Origin: an uncultured delta proteobacterium
GTDB taxonomy: Bacteria; Desulfobacterota; Desulfuromonadia; Desulfuromonadales; JACZKF01
Assembly: GCA_963816395.1 (NCBI GenBank)
Contig: CAWFKQ010000009.1
Location: 160,001-224,000, forward strand
DNA: 64,000 bases
Direction of reading: 5' to 3'
Of the stretch, positions 14,258 through 22,742 are shown piece after piece; the first letter of the stretch is position 1, and the number at the start of each line of letters is the position of its first letter. Below the pieces are notes generated by a model. That model had not been told where the DNA came from. It ran no database searches and saw nothing but the letters and a program-made list of their open reading frames with translations. The position numbers and the translations under genes are program-made.

Positions 14258-15126
14258 ATGATGCGTTGCGGTTTTCTCGGCCTCGGCATCATGGGCAGCG
14301 CCATGGCTGCCAACCTGGTCAAGGCCGGTTTTGAGGTAACCGTCTGGAACCGCACGGCGGAAAAAACCGAGCCTCTGCAGGCAGTCGGCGCCCGGGTGGC
14401 AAGACGCCGCAGGAGGTCACGGCTTCCTGTCCGATCACTTTTGCCATGCTCGCCGATCCCGTGGCGGCCGCGGCGGTCTGTTTCGGCCCGGAAGGAGCGC
14501 TCGCCGGCCTTGACGCCGGGCGGGGATACATCGACATGTCGACAGTGGATGCCGCCACCGCCAGGCGTATTGGCGAGGCGGTGCGTGGGAAGGGCGCCCG
14601 GTTCCTCGAAGCACCGGTTTCCGGCACCCGCAAACCGGCCGAGGACGGGACCCTGATCATTCTTGCCGCCGGCGATCGCGGCCTGTATGAGGAGGCCCTG
14701 CCCGGTTTCGAGAAGATGGGCAAGAAGATCCTTTTCCTGGGGGAAACCGGCAACGGCGCGCGGATGAAGCTGGTCGTCAATCTGGTCATGGGGGGGATGA
14801 TGACCGCCTTCTGCGAGGGGCTGGCGCTGGGGGAGAAGAGCGGTCTGCAGCCGGCGGATATTCTCGAGGTGCTGGAGGCGGGCGCCTTGGCCAATCCCAT
14901 GTTCAGGATCAAAGGAGGGTTGCTGCTGCAGGGGAATTATGCCGCCAGTTTTCCCCTCAAGCACATGCAGAAGGACCTGCGCCTGGCCCTGCTGCAGGGA
15001 GATGAAGTCCGCCAGCCGCTCTTTACCGTTGCTGCCGCCAACGAACTGTTCAAGCGGGCTGGCATGCAGGGGCTGGACGAGGAGGATTTCTCGGCGGTGT
15101 TCAAGACGATCAAAGGGGCTGACTGA
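14258..15126 (+). CDS. NAD(P)-dependent beta-hydroxyacid dehydrogenase (3-hydroxyisobutyrate dehydrogenase / glyoxylate-succinic semialdehyde reductase family), frameshift near 14400
   Basis: GFLGLGIMG, VWNRT, DMSTV, EAPVSG, MKLVVN, FPLKHMQKDL. Confidence 0.9.
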
Positions 15127-15135
15127 GCTTCCGGT

Positions 15136-15272
15136 AAAAAAAAGGGCCACACCTGCAGGTCCTGAAAACGTGCGACGAGCGCCCCTCCCCGACTCTCGCT
15201 GGGCTCTCACGGGCAAGAGATCTCTCTTCCGGAAAGCCGCCGTTCGCAAAACTTGTGGTGTGCCCTTTGTAC
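15136..15272 (-). ncRNA. Candidate structured small RNA (rod-like, ~135 nt), family not recognised
   Basis: On the minus strand four nested helices pair end to end using G-U pairs; T8 tract at the 3' end; TAAGAT -10 element at 15278-15283. Confidence 0.55.
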
Positions 15273-15307
15273 CCGTGATCTTAACCTGCGGCGGCGGGAT
15301 TAAGCTA

Positions 15308-15344
15308 TCGGGAGATCCCTGATTTTGTCGGGGTAAAAACCTGA
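15308..15344 (-). promoter_or_regulatory. Tandem imperfect palindromes TCGGG-N5/7-CCTGA, putative response-regulator binding sites
   Basis: tcggg-agatc-cctga (15308-15322) and tcggg-gtaaaaa-cctga (15328-15344), about two helical turns apart, just upstream of the candidate sRNA promoter. Confidence 0.45.
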
Positions 15345-15433
15345 AAATGGGTGCCGACGATCATCAGGATACCGGAGGAGTCGGCCTGCCGAAATGAGCA
15401 AAAATGCATGCCCAACGCACCTGATCCTTGTGC

Positions 15434-16108
15434 TCAAAAGGAGAGACTGGTCAGCCCTTCCCGGACCGCATACTTGATCAACTCCGCCAGATTGCTCAGG
15501 TTCAGCTTGCGCAGGATCTGCGCCCGGTGGGTTTCCACCGTTTTAGCGCTCAGATTCAGCTCGCCGGCGATCTGCCTGGTCGATTTCCCCTCGGCGAGCA
15601 GCTGCAGAACCTCCCGTTCCCGGATACTGAGAGTGCCCGAAGCGGAATCCTTCTCGCCATTGCGAAGGTAATCCTCAAGGACCAGGCTGGTGATCTTCGG
15701 GCTCAGGTATCTATTTTCCTGAATAACTGCCTGAATCGCCGTAATCAGTTCCTCGAAGGCACAATCCTTGAGGACGTATCCCCGGGCGCCCGCCTTCAGA
15801 ATCTGCTGGACGATATGCCGCTCCGAATGCATGGAGAGGGCGATGATCTTGATCCGCGGATTTTCCGAAAGGATTTTCCGGGTGGCATCGATGCCGTTCA
15901 GTCCCGGCATGGAAATGTCCATGACGACCACGTCAGGGGAAAGCTCGCGCGCCATTTTGACCGCGGCCCGGCCGTTATTGGCCACGGCCAGCATCTGCAT
16001 ATTCCGCTGCAGATCAAACAGGTGGCGAATGCATTCGTGGAAGATCTCATGATCATCGACGAAAATGATCCCGATATTTTTGTCCTTTTCCGCATCAGCG
16101 CTGTTCAT
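15434..16108 (-). CDS. NarL/FixJ-family response regulator (REC + LuxR-type HTH)
   Basis: FVDDHE, VMDISMPGLNG, LSMH, GYVLK, LSIREREVLQLLAEGKSTRQIA...KTVETHR. Confidence 0.95.
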   Translation of the reverse strand: MNSADAEKDKNIGIIFVDDHEIFHECIRHLFDLQRNMQMLAVANNGRAAVKMARELSPDVVVMDISMPGLNGIDATRKILSENPRIKIIALSMHSERHIVQQILKAGARGYVLKDCAFEELITAIQAVIQENRYLSPKITSLVLEDYLRNGEKDSASGTLSIREREVLQLLAEGKSTRQIAGELNLSAKTVETHRAQILRKLNLSNLAELIKYAVREGLTSLSF

Positions 16109-16303
16109 GTCCGGCCCATGGAAGAAACCTATCTAATTTCAGAAGCAGTAAGGATGCCACCGAGAGTAAACGGGAACCACTACGGCCATCTGATCGCCTG
16201 GATTTTTGTCCCTCGATAAATTTCCAGGAATCTTGATTTATTGAAATTCCCCCTCTGGTTCGCTAATATGCCCTGTCAGACCGGTGTGAGGCAAGGATTC
16301 TCT

Positions 16304-18145
16304 ATGGGTTACCGAAATCTATCGGAGTGCGTCCGCGATCTGGAAGCGAACGGTCAGTTGATCCGGATCGAACAGGAGGTGGATCAGAAGCTGGAAGTGG
16401 CGGCCATCCAGCGGCGGGTCTATCGCGCCGGTGGTCCGGCCCTGCTCTTCACCCGGGTGCGCGACTGCCGTTTTCCCCTGCTCGGCAACCTGTTCGGGAC
16501 CTTGGAGCGGACCCGTTTCCTGTTCCGGGACAGCCTGGAGAGGGTACATCGCCTGCTGGCCATGAAGGTCAGGCCGGAGATCGCCTGGAAAGAGCCCGGT
16601 GCTTCCTTGCGGGCGGTCCGCGGGCTGCCTCACCTGCTGCCGAAGCTGGTTGGCAGCGGGCCGATTCTCGCCCATAACACCACCCTTGACCAGCTGCCGC
16701 AGCTATGGAACTGGCCGCGGGACGGCGGCCCCTTCATTACCCTGCCGCAGGTCTACTCCGAAAGCGCCCAGCACCCCGGCTGGCGCGGCTCCAACCTGGG
16801 GATGTACCGGATACAGCTGGCGGGAAACCGCTATCGCCCCAATGCCGAGGTGGGCCTGCATTATCAGCTCCATCGCGGGATCGGCGTCCATCAGGCAGAG
16901 GCCCTGGAGCGCGGCCTTCCCTTTCGGGTGAATATCTTCCTCGGCGGGCCGCCGAGTCTGACGGTGGCCGCGGTCATGCCCCTGCCGGAAGGCTTGCCCG
17001 AGCTCGTCTTCGCCGGCCTGCTGGGAGGGCGGCGCCTTCGTCTGGTCGTCCGTCCGGGGGAGCTGCCGATACCTGCGGAGGCCGATTTTTGCATAACCGG
17101 CATCGTCGATCCGCAGAGAACTTTGCCCGAAGGACCTTTCGGCGATCACCTCGGATATTACAGCCTCACCCATGATTTTCCCGTCCTGCAGGTGGAAAAG
17201 GTCTATCACCGCCCGGGCGCCATCTGGCCCTTCACCACGGTCGGCCGGCCGCCGCAGGAAGACACCACCTTCGGTGCCTTCATTCACCAGTTGACCGGCC
17301 CGCTGATCCCGCAGCTGATTCCCGGCGTGCAGGCGGTGCATGCTGTCGATGCGGCCGGGGTGCATCCCCTGCTGCTGGCCATCGGCAGCGAACGCTATAC
17401 GCCGTATGCCGGTCGGCGCCGGCCGCAGGAACTGCTGACCCAGGCCAATGCCCTTCTCGGGCAGGGGCAGCTCTCCCTGGCAAAATATCTCCTCATTGCC
17501 GCCCGGGAAGATCAACCCCAGCTGGATGTTCACGACATTCCAGGTTTTTTCCGGCACCTCCTGGAACGGGTCGACTGGCGTCGCGATCTGCATTTCCAGA
17601 CCCGGACCACCATCGATACGCTCGACTACTCTGGAACGGGTTTGAATGAGGGATCGAAGGTGGTCATTGCCGCCGCCGGAGAGATGGGTCGCCGCCTCGC
17701 CGAGGTGACGCCGGGGGATCTGCGCCTGCCGCCCGGGTTTACTGCCCCGCGTCTTGTCCTGCCGGGCATCCTGGTGGTCCAGGGGCCGCCCGCGGGGGGC
17801 GGTGCCGGCGGCGATGATCCGCTGCTGGGGAATTTCTGCGCGACTTACCAGCCGCCGGGAAAAGGTCCCGAAATTCCTCTGGTGGTGGTTGTCGATGACA
17901 GCGAATTCGTCGCCCGCACCCTCGATAACTTCCTCTGGGTGACCTTTACCCGCTCCGATCCGGCCAGTGATCTCTACGGGGTGGGGGCGACGGTGATCGG
18001 CAAGCACTGGGGGTGCTCCGGGCCGCTGGTGATCGATGCCCGCCGCAAGCCGCATCATGCCCCGCCGCTGGAGGAAGAGCCGGCCGTGGAACGGCGGGTG
18101 GATGCTCTTGGCGCACCAGGTGGGCCGCTGCACGGCATCATCTGA
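16304..18145 (+). CDS. UbiD-family (prFMN-dependent) decarboxylase
   Basis: GGPALLF, NLGMYRIQ, EGPFGDHLGYY, VGRPPQED; ATG 16304 chosen over TTG 16241. Confidence 0.9.
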   Translation: MGYRNLSECVRDLEANGQLIRIEQEVDQKLEVAAIQRRVYRAGGPALLFTRVRDCRFPLLGNLFGTLERTRFLFRDSLERVHRLLAMKVRPEIAWKEPGASLRAVRGLPHLLPKLVGSGPILAHNTTLDQLPQLWNWPRDGGPFITLPQVYSESAQHPGWRGSNLGMYRIQLAGNRYRPNAEVGLHYQLHRGIGVHQAEALERGLPFRVNIFLGGPPSLTVAAVMPLPEGLPELVFAGLLGGRRLRLVVRPGELPIPAEADFCITGIVDPQRTLPEGPFGDHLGYYSLTHDFPVLQVEKVYHRPGAIWPFTTVGRPPQEDTTFGAFIHQLTGPLIPQLIPGVQAVHAVDAAGVHPLLLAIGSERYTPYAGRRRPQELLTQANALLGQGQLSLAKYLLIAAREDQPQLDVHDIPGFFRHLLERVDWRRDLHFQTRTTIDTLDYSGTGLNEGSKVVIAAAGEMGRRLAEVTPGDLRLPPGFTAPRLVLPGILVVQGPPAGGGAGGDDPLLGNFCATYQPPGKGPEIPLVVVVDDSEFVARTLDNFLWVTFTRSDPASDLYGVGATVIGKHWGCSGPLVIDARRKPHHAPPLEEEPAVERRVDALGAPGGPLHGII

Positions 18146-18200
18146 CAGGATGAGGGAGCGGTAAGGGCGGATCCGGGGGGCAGAGGGAGGGAACCGCTGC

Positions 18201-18392
18201 TCACCTGGTAGGGATCAGGCAGTCCTCGCGCCAGCAGCAGGCGAATTGCCGGCAATCGAATCGCCATTCGGCGCCGAAGCAAGGCTGATTCTCTTCGGAG
18301 CGTTGGATGGAGCGGATTACCTCCGCTTTGCGCATTCTTCCCGGGGCCACTCCGACACGGATGGCACGCTCGCGGATCTCGGTCATTTTCAT
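18201..18392 (-). CDS. Small SAP-domain-like Cys-rich protein
   Basis: MKMTEIRERA...KAEVIRSIQRSEENQPCF...C..C.WREDC, a pattern I recognise from small deltaproteobacterial proteins; AGGAG RBS upstream. Confidence 0.7.
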   Translation of the reverse strand: MKMTEIRERAIRVGVAPGRMRKAEVIRSIQRSEENQPCFGAEWRFDCRQFACCWREDCLIPTR

Positions 18393-18613
18393 TCCGGGTT
18401 CTCCTGGAAATGGGCTTTTCCGTCTGCATTTACCGTCCTCGCTGCGGCGATAAGTGAAGCATATTTCCCGTTTCTGTCAAATCACCGGTATTCTGAAAAC
18501 AGTGCCGCCCCGGCACCGCCGTATCAAAACGGCTTCCGCTACTCTCTGTGCCATCGCCGCATTTCGGGTGTTGCAGAAGGGCAGGCGGCAGCGTTTCCCC
18601 GCGGAGAAAAGGA

Positions 18614-18949
18614 ATGACCCTGCCGGAACTGGTGAGAAAACAAGCGCAGACCATCTTGCGGGATTACTGTGCGGGCGGGGCAGGGAACCGCAGAGTGGAT
18701 CAGAAGCTGGCATTCGAAATCGTCGGAGATTGTTTGACCCTGTTCGCCGAAATCGAAGGCAGTGGCGCTGGGCGAGCGGAGCATTCGATTGCCCGGTTCT
18801 GCTACAACCATCAGTTGCATCAGTGGACCCTCCATTATCCAGACCGCAGCCGGGAGTGGCGTTTTTATCTGAATGCCGGCCCCACCCTCAATTTGAGCAA
18901 GCTGCTTCATCATGTGGATGAAGATCCCCTCGGGGTTTTCTGGCCCTGA
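18614..18949 (+). CDS. DUF3024-like protein
   Basis: IARFCY...WTLHYPDRSREWRFY...LLHHVDEDPLGVFWP signature; start moved to ATG 18614. Confidence 0.75.
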   Translation: MTLPELVRKQAQTILRDYCAGGAGNRRVDQKLAFEIVGDCLTLFAEIEGSGAGRAEHSIARFCYNHQLHQWTLHYPDRSREWRFYLNAGPTLNLSKLLHHVDEDPLGVFWP

Positions 18950-18963
18950 CCCTGGCATGTTCC

Positions 18964-20716
18964 CTATGCCGGGCTATGCCCGTTTTCCGCCTGATCAAAT
19001 GCTTCCGTATCGGGAAAATAGCGGGCGGAAAGAGCCGGCAGATCGCCTCTGAGCCAATCGACGATATGGGGGGCAGGCATCGGTGGCGCGAAGAGAAACC
19101 CCTGCACCTGGTCGCAGCGCCAGTTGGAAAGAAGGCGCATCTGCTCCGGTTTTTCCACCCCTTCGGCCGTCACCTGCAACCCCAGCTTTTCCGCCAGGGA
19201 GAGGATTGCGAAGCCGATGGCCGCGTCATGGCGGTTCTCCGTGATTCCCTGGACGAAGCACCGGTCAATTTTCAGGGCATGGACGGGGAGATGCTTCAGG
19301 TAGGAGAGGGAACTGAAGCCGGTGCCGAAGTCATCAATGGCGATCAGCACCCCCAGCTGCGCAATGGCGGCAAACAGGAGAGTGTTTTCCTCGGCATTGT
19401 GCACCAGACAGCTTTCGGTGAGCTCCACAACCAGACTCCCGGGAAGCAAGCCGGTTTCGCCCAGGAGATTCTGCAGGAAAGGCACAAAGTCTTTTTCCTG
19501 CAACTGTCTGGGCGAAATATTTACTGCCATTTTCATAGAAGGAAATCCCTGGTCATGCCATCGGCGGGCCTGCCGGCAGGCTTCCCGCAGTACCCATTGC
19601 CCCACTTGGACAATCAGTCCGTTCTCCTCCAGCAGGGGAATAAACTCCAGCGGCGGCAGAATACCCTTCTCGGGGTGCCGCCAGCGCAGCAGGGCCTCCA
19701 CCCCGGTGATCGTCCCCCGCGGCGGACTGATCTGGGGTTGGTAGAAAAGTTCGAACTCTTCTCGCTCCAGGGCACGGTACAGGGCGCTCTCCAGGTTCAT
19801 GCGTTCACGGGTTCGGGCATTCATTTCCTGGGTGTAAAACTGGAACCGATTATTCTTTCGTTCCCTGGCCCGGTACATGGCGGTCTCGGCGTTTTTCAGC
19901 AGCCCTTCGGCGGAACATCCGTCATCCGGAAACAGCGCAATGCCGATGCTGGCGGTCAGGAAAACTTCATGGTCATCGATGAAAAACGGGCTGGCGAGTG
20001 CCCGGAAGATCTTGCGGGTGATCATCGCCACCGGTTCACCGGTGGTCAGGTGCTCCAAAAGGATGACGAAGCGGTCTCCATGGAGACGGGCTAAGGTGTC
20101 GCTCTTGCGCAGACTGGTGCCAATCCGGGTGCCGATTTCCTGCAGCAGGGCATTGCCGGCGGCATAGCTGAAAGAATTGTTGATTTCCTTGAATCGATTC
20201 AGATTCAGCAGGAGCAGCGCCACCAACTCCCCCGCCCGTTCCGCATTGTGCAGGGACTGCTCCAGGCGGCTCTGGAAGAGCAGGCGGTTGGCCAGGCCGG
20301 TCAGCGGATCGAAATAGGTTGCGAATTCCAGCCGTTCCAAGACGGCTTTATGCTCCCTGAGATCCTCCAGGGTCAAGATGGCGCAGGCGTGCTCGTTATC
20401 CTCTTTTCTGCCGCTGGGCGGAAACGAGGACCGGCAGCGGGCGCATGTCGCTGCCGACGCATTCCATTTCCCGTTTGGCATATTCCCCCTGCGGCACCGC
20501 TAAAAGTTCCGGCAGGAACTGATCGTTCTCGCTGCTCAGAAGAAAGCGGGAAATATTCTGGTCACAGAGCTCGGCTGCCGGGAAAGCCAGAAGATTCTCC
20601 AGGGCAGGGTTGACCTCCAGAATCATCCCACGGGAATCCAGGACCGCCATGGCCAGGGGCGTTCCGGCAAAGAAAGAATCGAAGTTCAAGCCGGAGGTCC
20701 GGGAGCGGTTAGTCAT
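18964..20716 (-). CDS. PAS-GGDEF(degenerate)-EAL protein, probable c-di-GMP phosphodiesterase; frameshift near 20410-20470
   Basis: PAS N-terminus (ORF 20396..20716); DPLTGLANR; active-site loop reads HGDRF; EAL domain with YQPQ, VEALLRW, VNIS, ELTES, DDFGTGFSS, LKID, AEGVE, QGF. Confidence 0.9.
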
Positions 20717-21158
20717 TCAAATCTTCCCTTCTTTTGCCGGGGGCCTGGTACTCAAAGATGACATTGCCGATGTCATAGGCACAGTTTCCCCCCTCGGGAG
20801 CGGTGTAAGGCTCGGCCAGAATACAGTTGAGGATCCGCAGGCCCCGGGGGGATCTCTCGAAAGCCCCGAGCAACCGCGGCCGATCGGCCGCGGCACTTCG
20901 CGAGCGGACGGCATAAGAGAGAAAAGCAATCGGTGCCTGCCGGTTTCGCTGGCGGATGGCCTCGGTCAATTCCCGGATGCCGGCCGAGTCTTCTTCCCCT
21001 TCGAGAAGTGCGAAATCGAACCGCGAGCCCGATTGGCGAAGGGCGGCCAGGGCCGCCAGGGCGTCGGGGAAATGGCAAGTCGACTGTCGGTCCCGCGAAC
21101 GAATCAGGCGCGCCAGGGCGCGGGTTTCCCGCCTGTGTCCAACCACCAGGGTATTCAA
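20709..21158 (-). CDS. Hypothetical protein with a degenerate receiver (REC)-like N-terminus
   Basis: Overlaps the luxI stop (TTGA) and the EAL gene start (ATGACTAA); REC-like segments DALAALAALRQ..FDFALLE and AGIRELTEAIRQRNRQAPIAFLS. Confidence 0.7.
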   Translation of the reverse strand: MNTLVVGHRRETRALARLIRSRDRQSTCHFPDALAALAALRQSGSRFDFALLEGEEDSAGIRELTEAIRQRNRQAPIAFLSYAVRSRSAAADRPRLLGAFERSPRGLRILNCILAEPYTAPEGGNCAYDIGNVIFEYQAPGKRREDLND

Positions 21159-21778
21159 GCAGCTGCCACGCTGGCGGCGGATTTCGCCGATCGGTAAACC
21201 GCGCGGCAGGTCTCCGCGTCGATATCGATCCAGCAGGCGACGGAGAGGACCTTGCCGACCTGCTGCGCCTTGCCGTCGCCAAATCGGTGAATACCCAGTC
21301 CGGCTCTTTTGAGGAGGCGCTCAACCGCTACGCTGGTGACGAAGACATAATGGGTGATGCCGTTCTCCAGCGCGAAATCGACCCCGGCGCGCAGCATGTC
21401 GAAAGTAAGGGAACAGATGCTGGCCTGCTCGCGGCCGCTGTTCTCTTCCGGAACCACCGCAAAGCGGCTGATTTCCCAGATGGATGGCGCTTTGGGGGCC
21501 GCCTCTCCGCGCAGCAATTGGGGGAAAACAGCCTCCAGCATATAGGGGCCGGTCGTCGGGAGAAGGCGCCAGCAGGCTTCGATGCGACCATTTGCATTGC
21601 GGCTGAACATGTGTACCGGTTCGAGTTCATCAAAGCGATCGTATTCCATTCCCTGCCGGCTTCCGACCTCCCAGCCCAGTCGTTCGTAAAAAACCTGATG
21701 GCGGAAGCGGAAGACGTCTGTCAGGGAATTTTTCAGTCCGGGGGGATTAGCAGATCTGGCGACAGCGACATGGCCCAT
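21155..21778 (-). CDS. luxI: Acyl-homoserine-lactone synthase (LuxI family)
   Basis: FRHQVFYERLGW, EYDRFD, CWRLLPTTGPYML..VFPQLL, WEISRFAV; AAGGAGG RBS. Confidence 0.96.
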   Translation of the reverse strand: MGHVAVARSANPPGLKNSLTDVFRFRHQVFYERLGWEVGSRQGMEYDRFDELEPVHMFSRNANGRIEACWRLLPTTGPYMLEAVFPQLLRGEAAPKAPSIWEISRFAVVPEENSGREQASICSLTFDMLRAGVDFALENGITHYVFVTSVAVERLLKRAGLGIHRFGDGKAQQVGKVLSVACWIDIDAETCRAVYRSAKSAASVAAA

Positions 21779-21836
21779 GGTTTTTCCTCCTTCAAGAGAA
21801 CTTGGAGGAATGAAACCACAGGCGGGTACTGGCGGG

Positions 21837-21856
21837 AACTGTTAGATGTTACAGGT
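21837..21856 (-). promoter_or_regulatory. lux box upstream of luxI
   Basis: Minus strand ACCTGTAACATCTAACAGTT; 15/20 identical to the V. fischeri lux box ACCTGTAGGATCGTACAGGT, with CTG-N10-CAG conserved. Confidence 0.85.
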
Positions 21857-21858
21857 CG

Positions 21859-21886
21859 AAAAGGGCGCACTGAAAAAGTGCGCCCC
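21859..21886 (-). terminator. Intrinsic terminator after luxR
   Basis: GGGCGCAC-TTTTTCA-GTGCGCCC-TTTT on the minus strand, 23 nt after the luxR stop. Confidence 0.75.
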
Positions 21887-21908
21887 TGACTTCCTATCGC
21901 CCTGCATT

Positions 21909-22661
21909 TCAGGTGAACTGGGGGGTGATCAGGCGGAGAGAGATGGCACGGGCGACAGCATGCTGCCGGCTATTGACGTTGAGCTTGCCGGCGGCATTCT
22001 GCAGGTGGAAGATTACAGTACGCTCCGAGATGCCGAGGATCTGGGCGGTTTCCCAGGTGGTCTTGCCCTCGCTGGCCCAGAGCAGGCATTCCCGTTCCCT
22101 GCCGGTCAGCAGAGGTCCACCGCCGATTTCCCGGACCTCAACCAGGCGGCTGACGCTTTCGTGGATGTGGCTGGTCAGCAGATGCAGGGCAGGTATGCCC
22201 CGGGAGATCTTTTCCTGCACGACCGGGTTATCCGCGGAGGACACCAGCGAGACCATCGCCGCTTCTCCCCGGCTGCCGTGGACCGGGAAACTGACCCCGC
22301 TGCGCAAACCGAAATCGCGGGATTCACCCATGAACCGGCGAATTTTCGCATCCGATTTTTCCCGCACCGCCAGGCTGTTCCAGCGCAGGGGGGTGACCTG
22401 CGTGGCGCAATGGGCTACGGTGGGATCGACGCCGAAGTAATTCTGTTCTTTGTAATGCTGCCACCATGCGGGGGGGAAACCGCTGATGATAAAGAGGTTG
22501 GGACGGACGAGGGAGACGGGGGTGCGGGAGCCATAAATGAAATGGTCGAAACCGTACGCGTCGCAGATTTGGCTGCAGACAGAATGGATGTCCTCAATGG
22601 AAGAGGTTTCGGTCAGGGCAGTGATGTACTGCTGCACATGATCGGCTGGTGCCATGATCAC
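21909..22661 (-). CDS. luxR: LuxR-family AHL-binding transcriptional regulator
   Basis: Autoinducer-pocket residues W...Y.....Y...DP, W and G (AWWQHYKEQNYFGVDP...LRW...SGVSFPVHG), plus HTH LTGRERECLLWASEGKTTWETAQILGISERTV. Confidence 0.96.
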   Translation of the reverse strand: MIMAPADHVQQYITALTETSSIEDIHSVCSQICDAYGFDHFIYGSRTPVSLVRPNLFIISGFPPAWWQHYKEQNYFGVDPTVAHCATQVTPLRWNSLAVREKSDAKIRRFMGESRDFGLRSGVSFPVHGSRGEAAMVSLVSSADNPVVQEKISRGIPALHLLTSHIHESVSRLVEVREIGGGPLLTGRERECLLWASEGKTTWETAQILGISERTVIFHLQNAAGKLNVNSRQHAVARAISLRLITPQFT

Positions 22662-22742
22662 CTTCTCCGGCGCACAAGCATAAAGGTAGGAGGTTTTACC
22701 TATAGCATAGGCGGCAAGGAAAAATAAAACATTTTTCTGCCG

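Noticed and set aside
15136..15272. SRP RNA, tRNA or c-di-GMP/cGAMP riboswitch identity for the structured element
   Set aside because: No SRP domain IV loop, cloverleaf or GEMM consensus is visible, and there is no downstream co-oriented gene; kept as an unassigned sRNA candidate.
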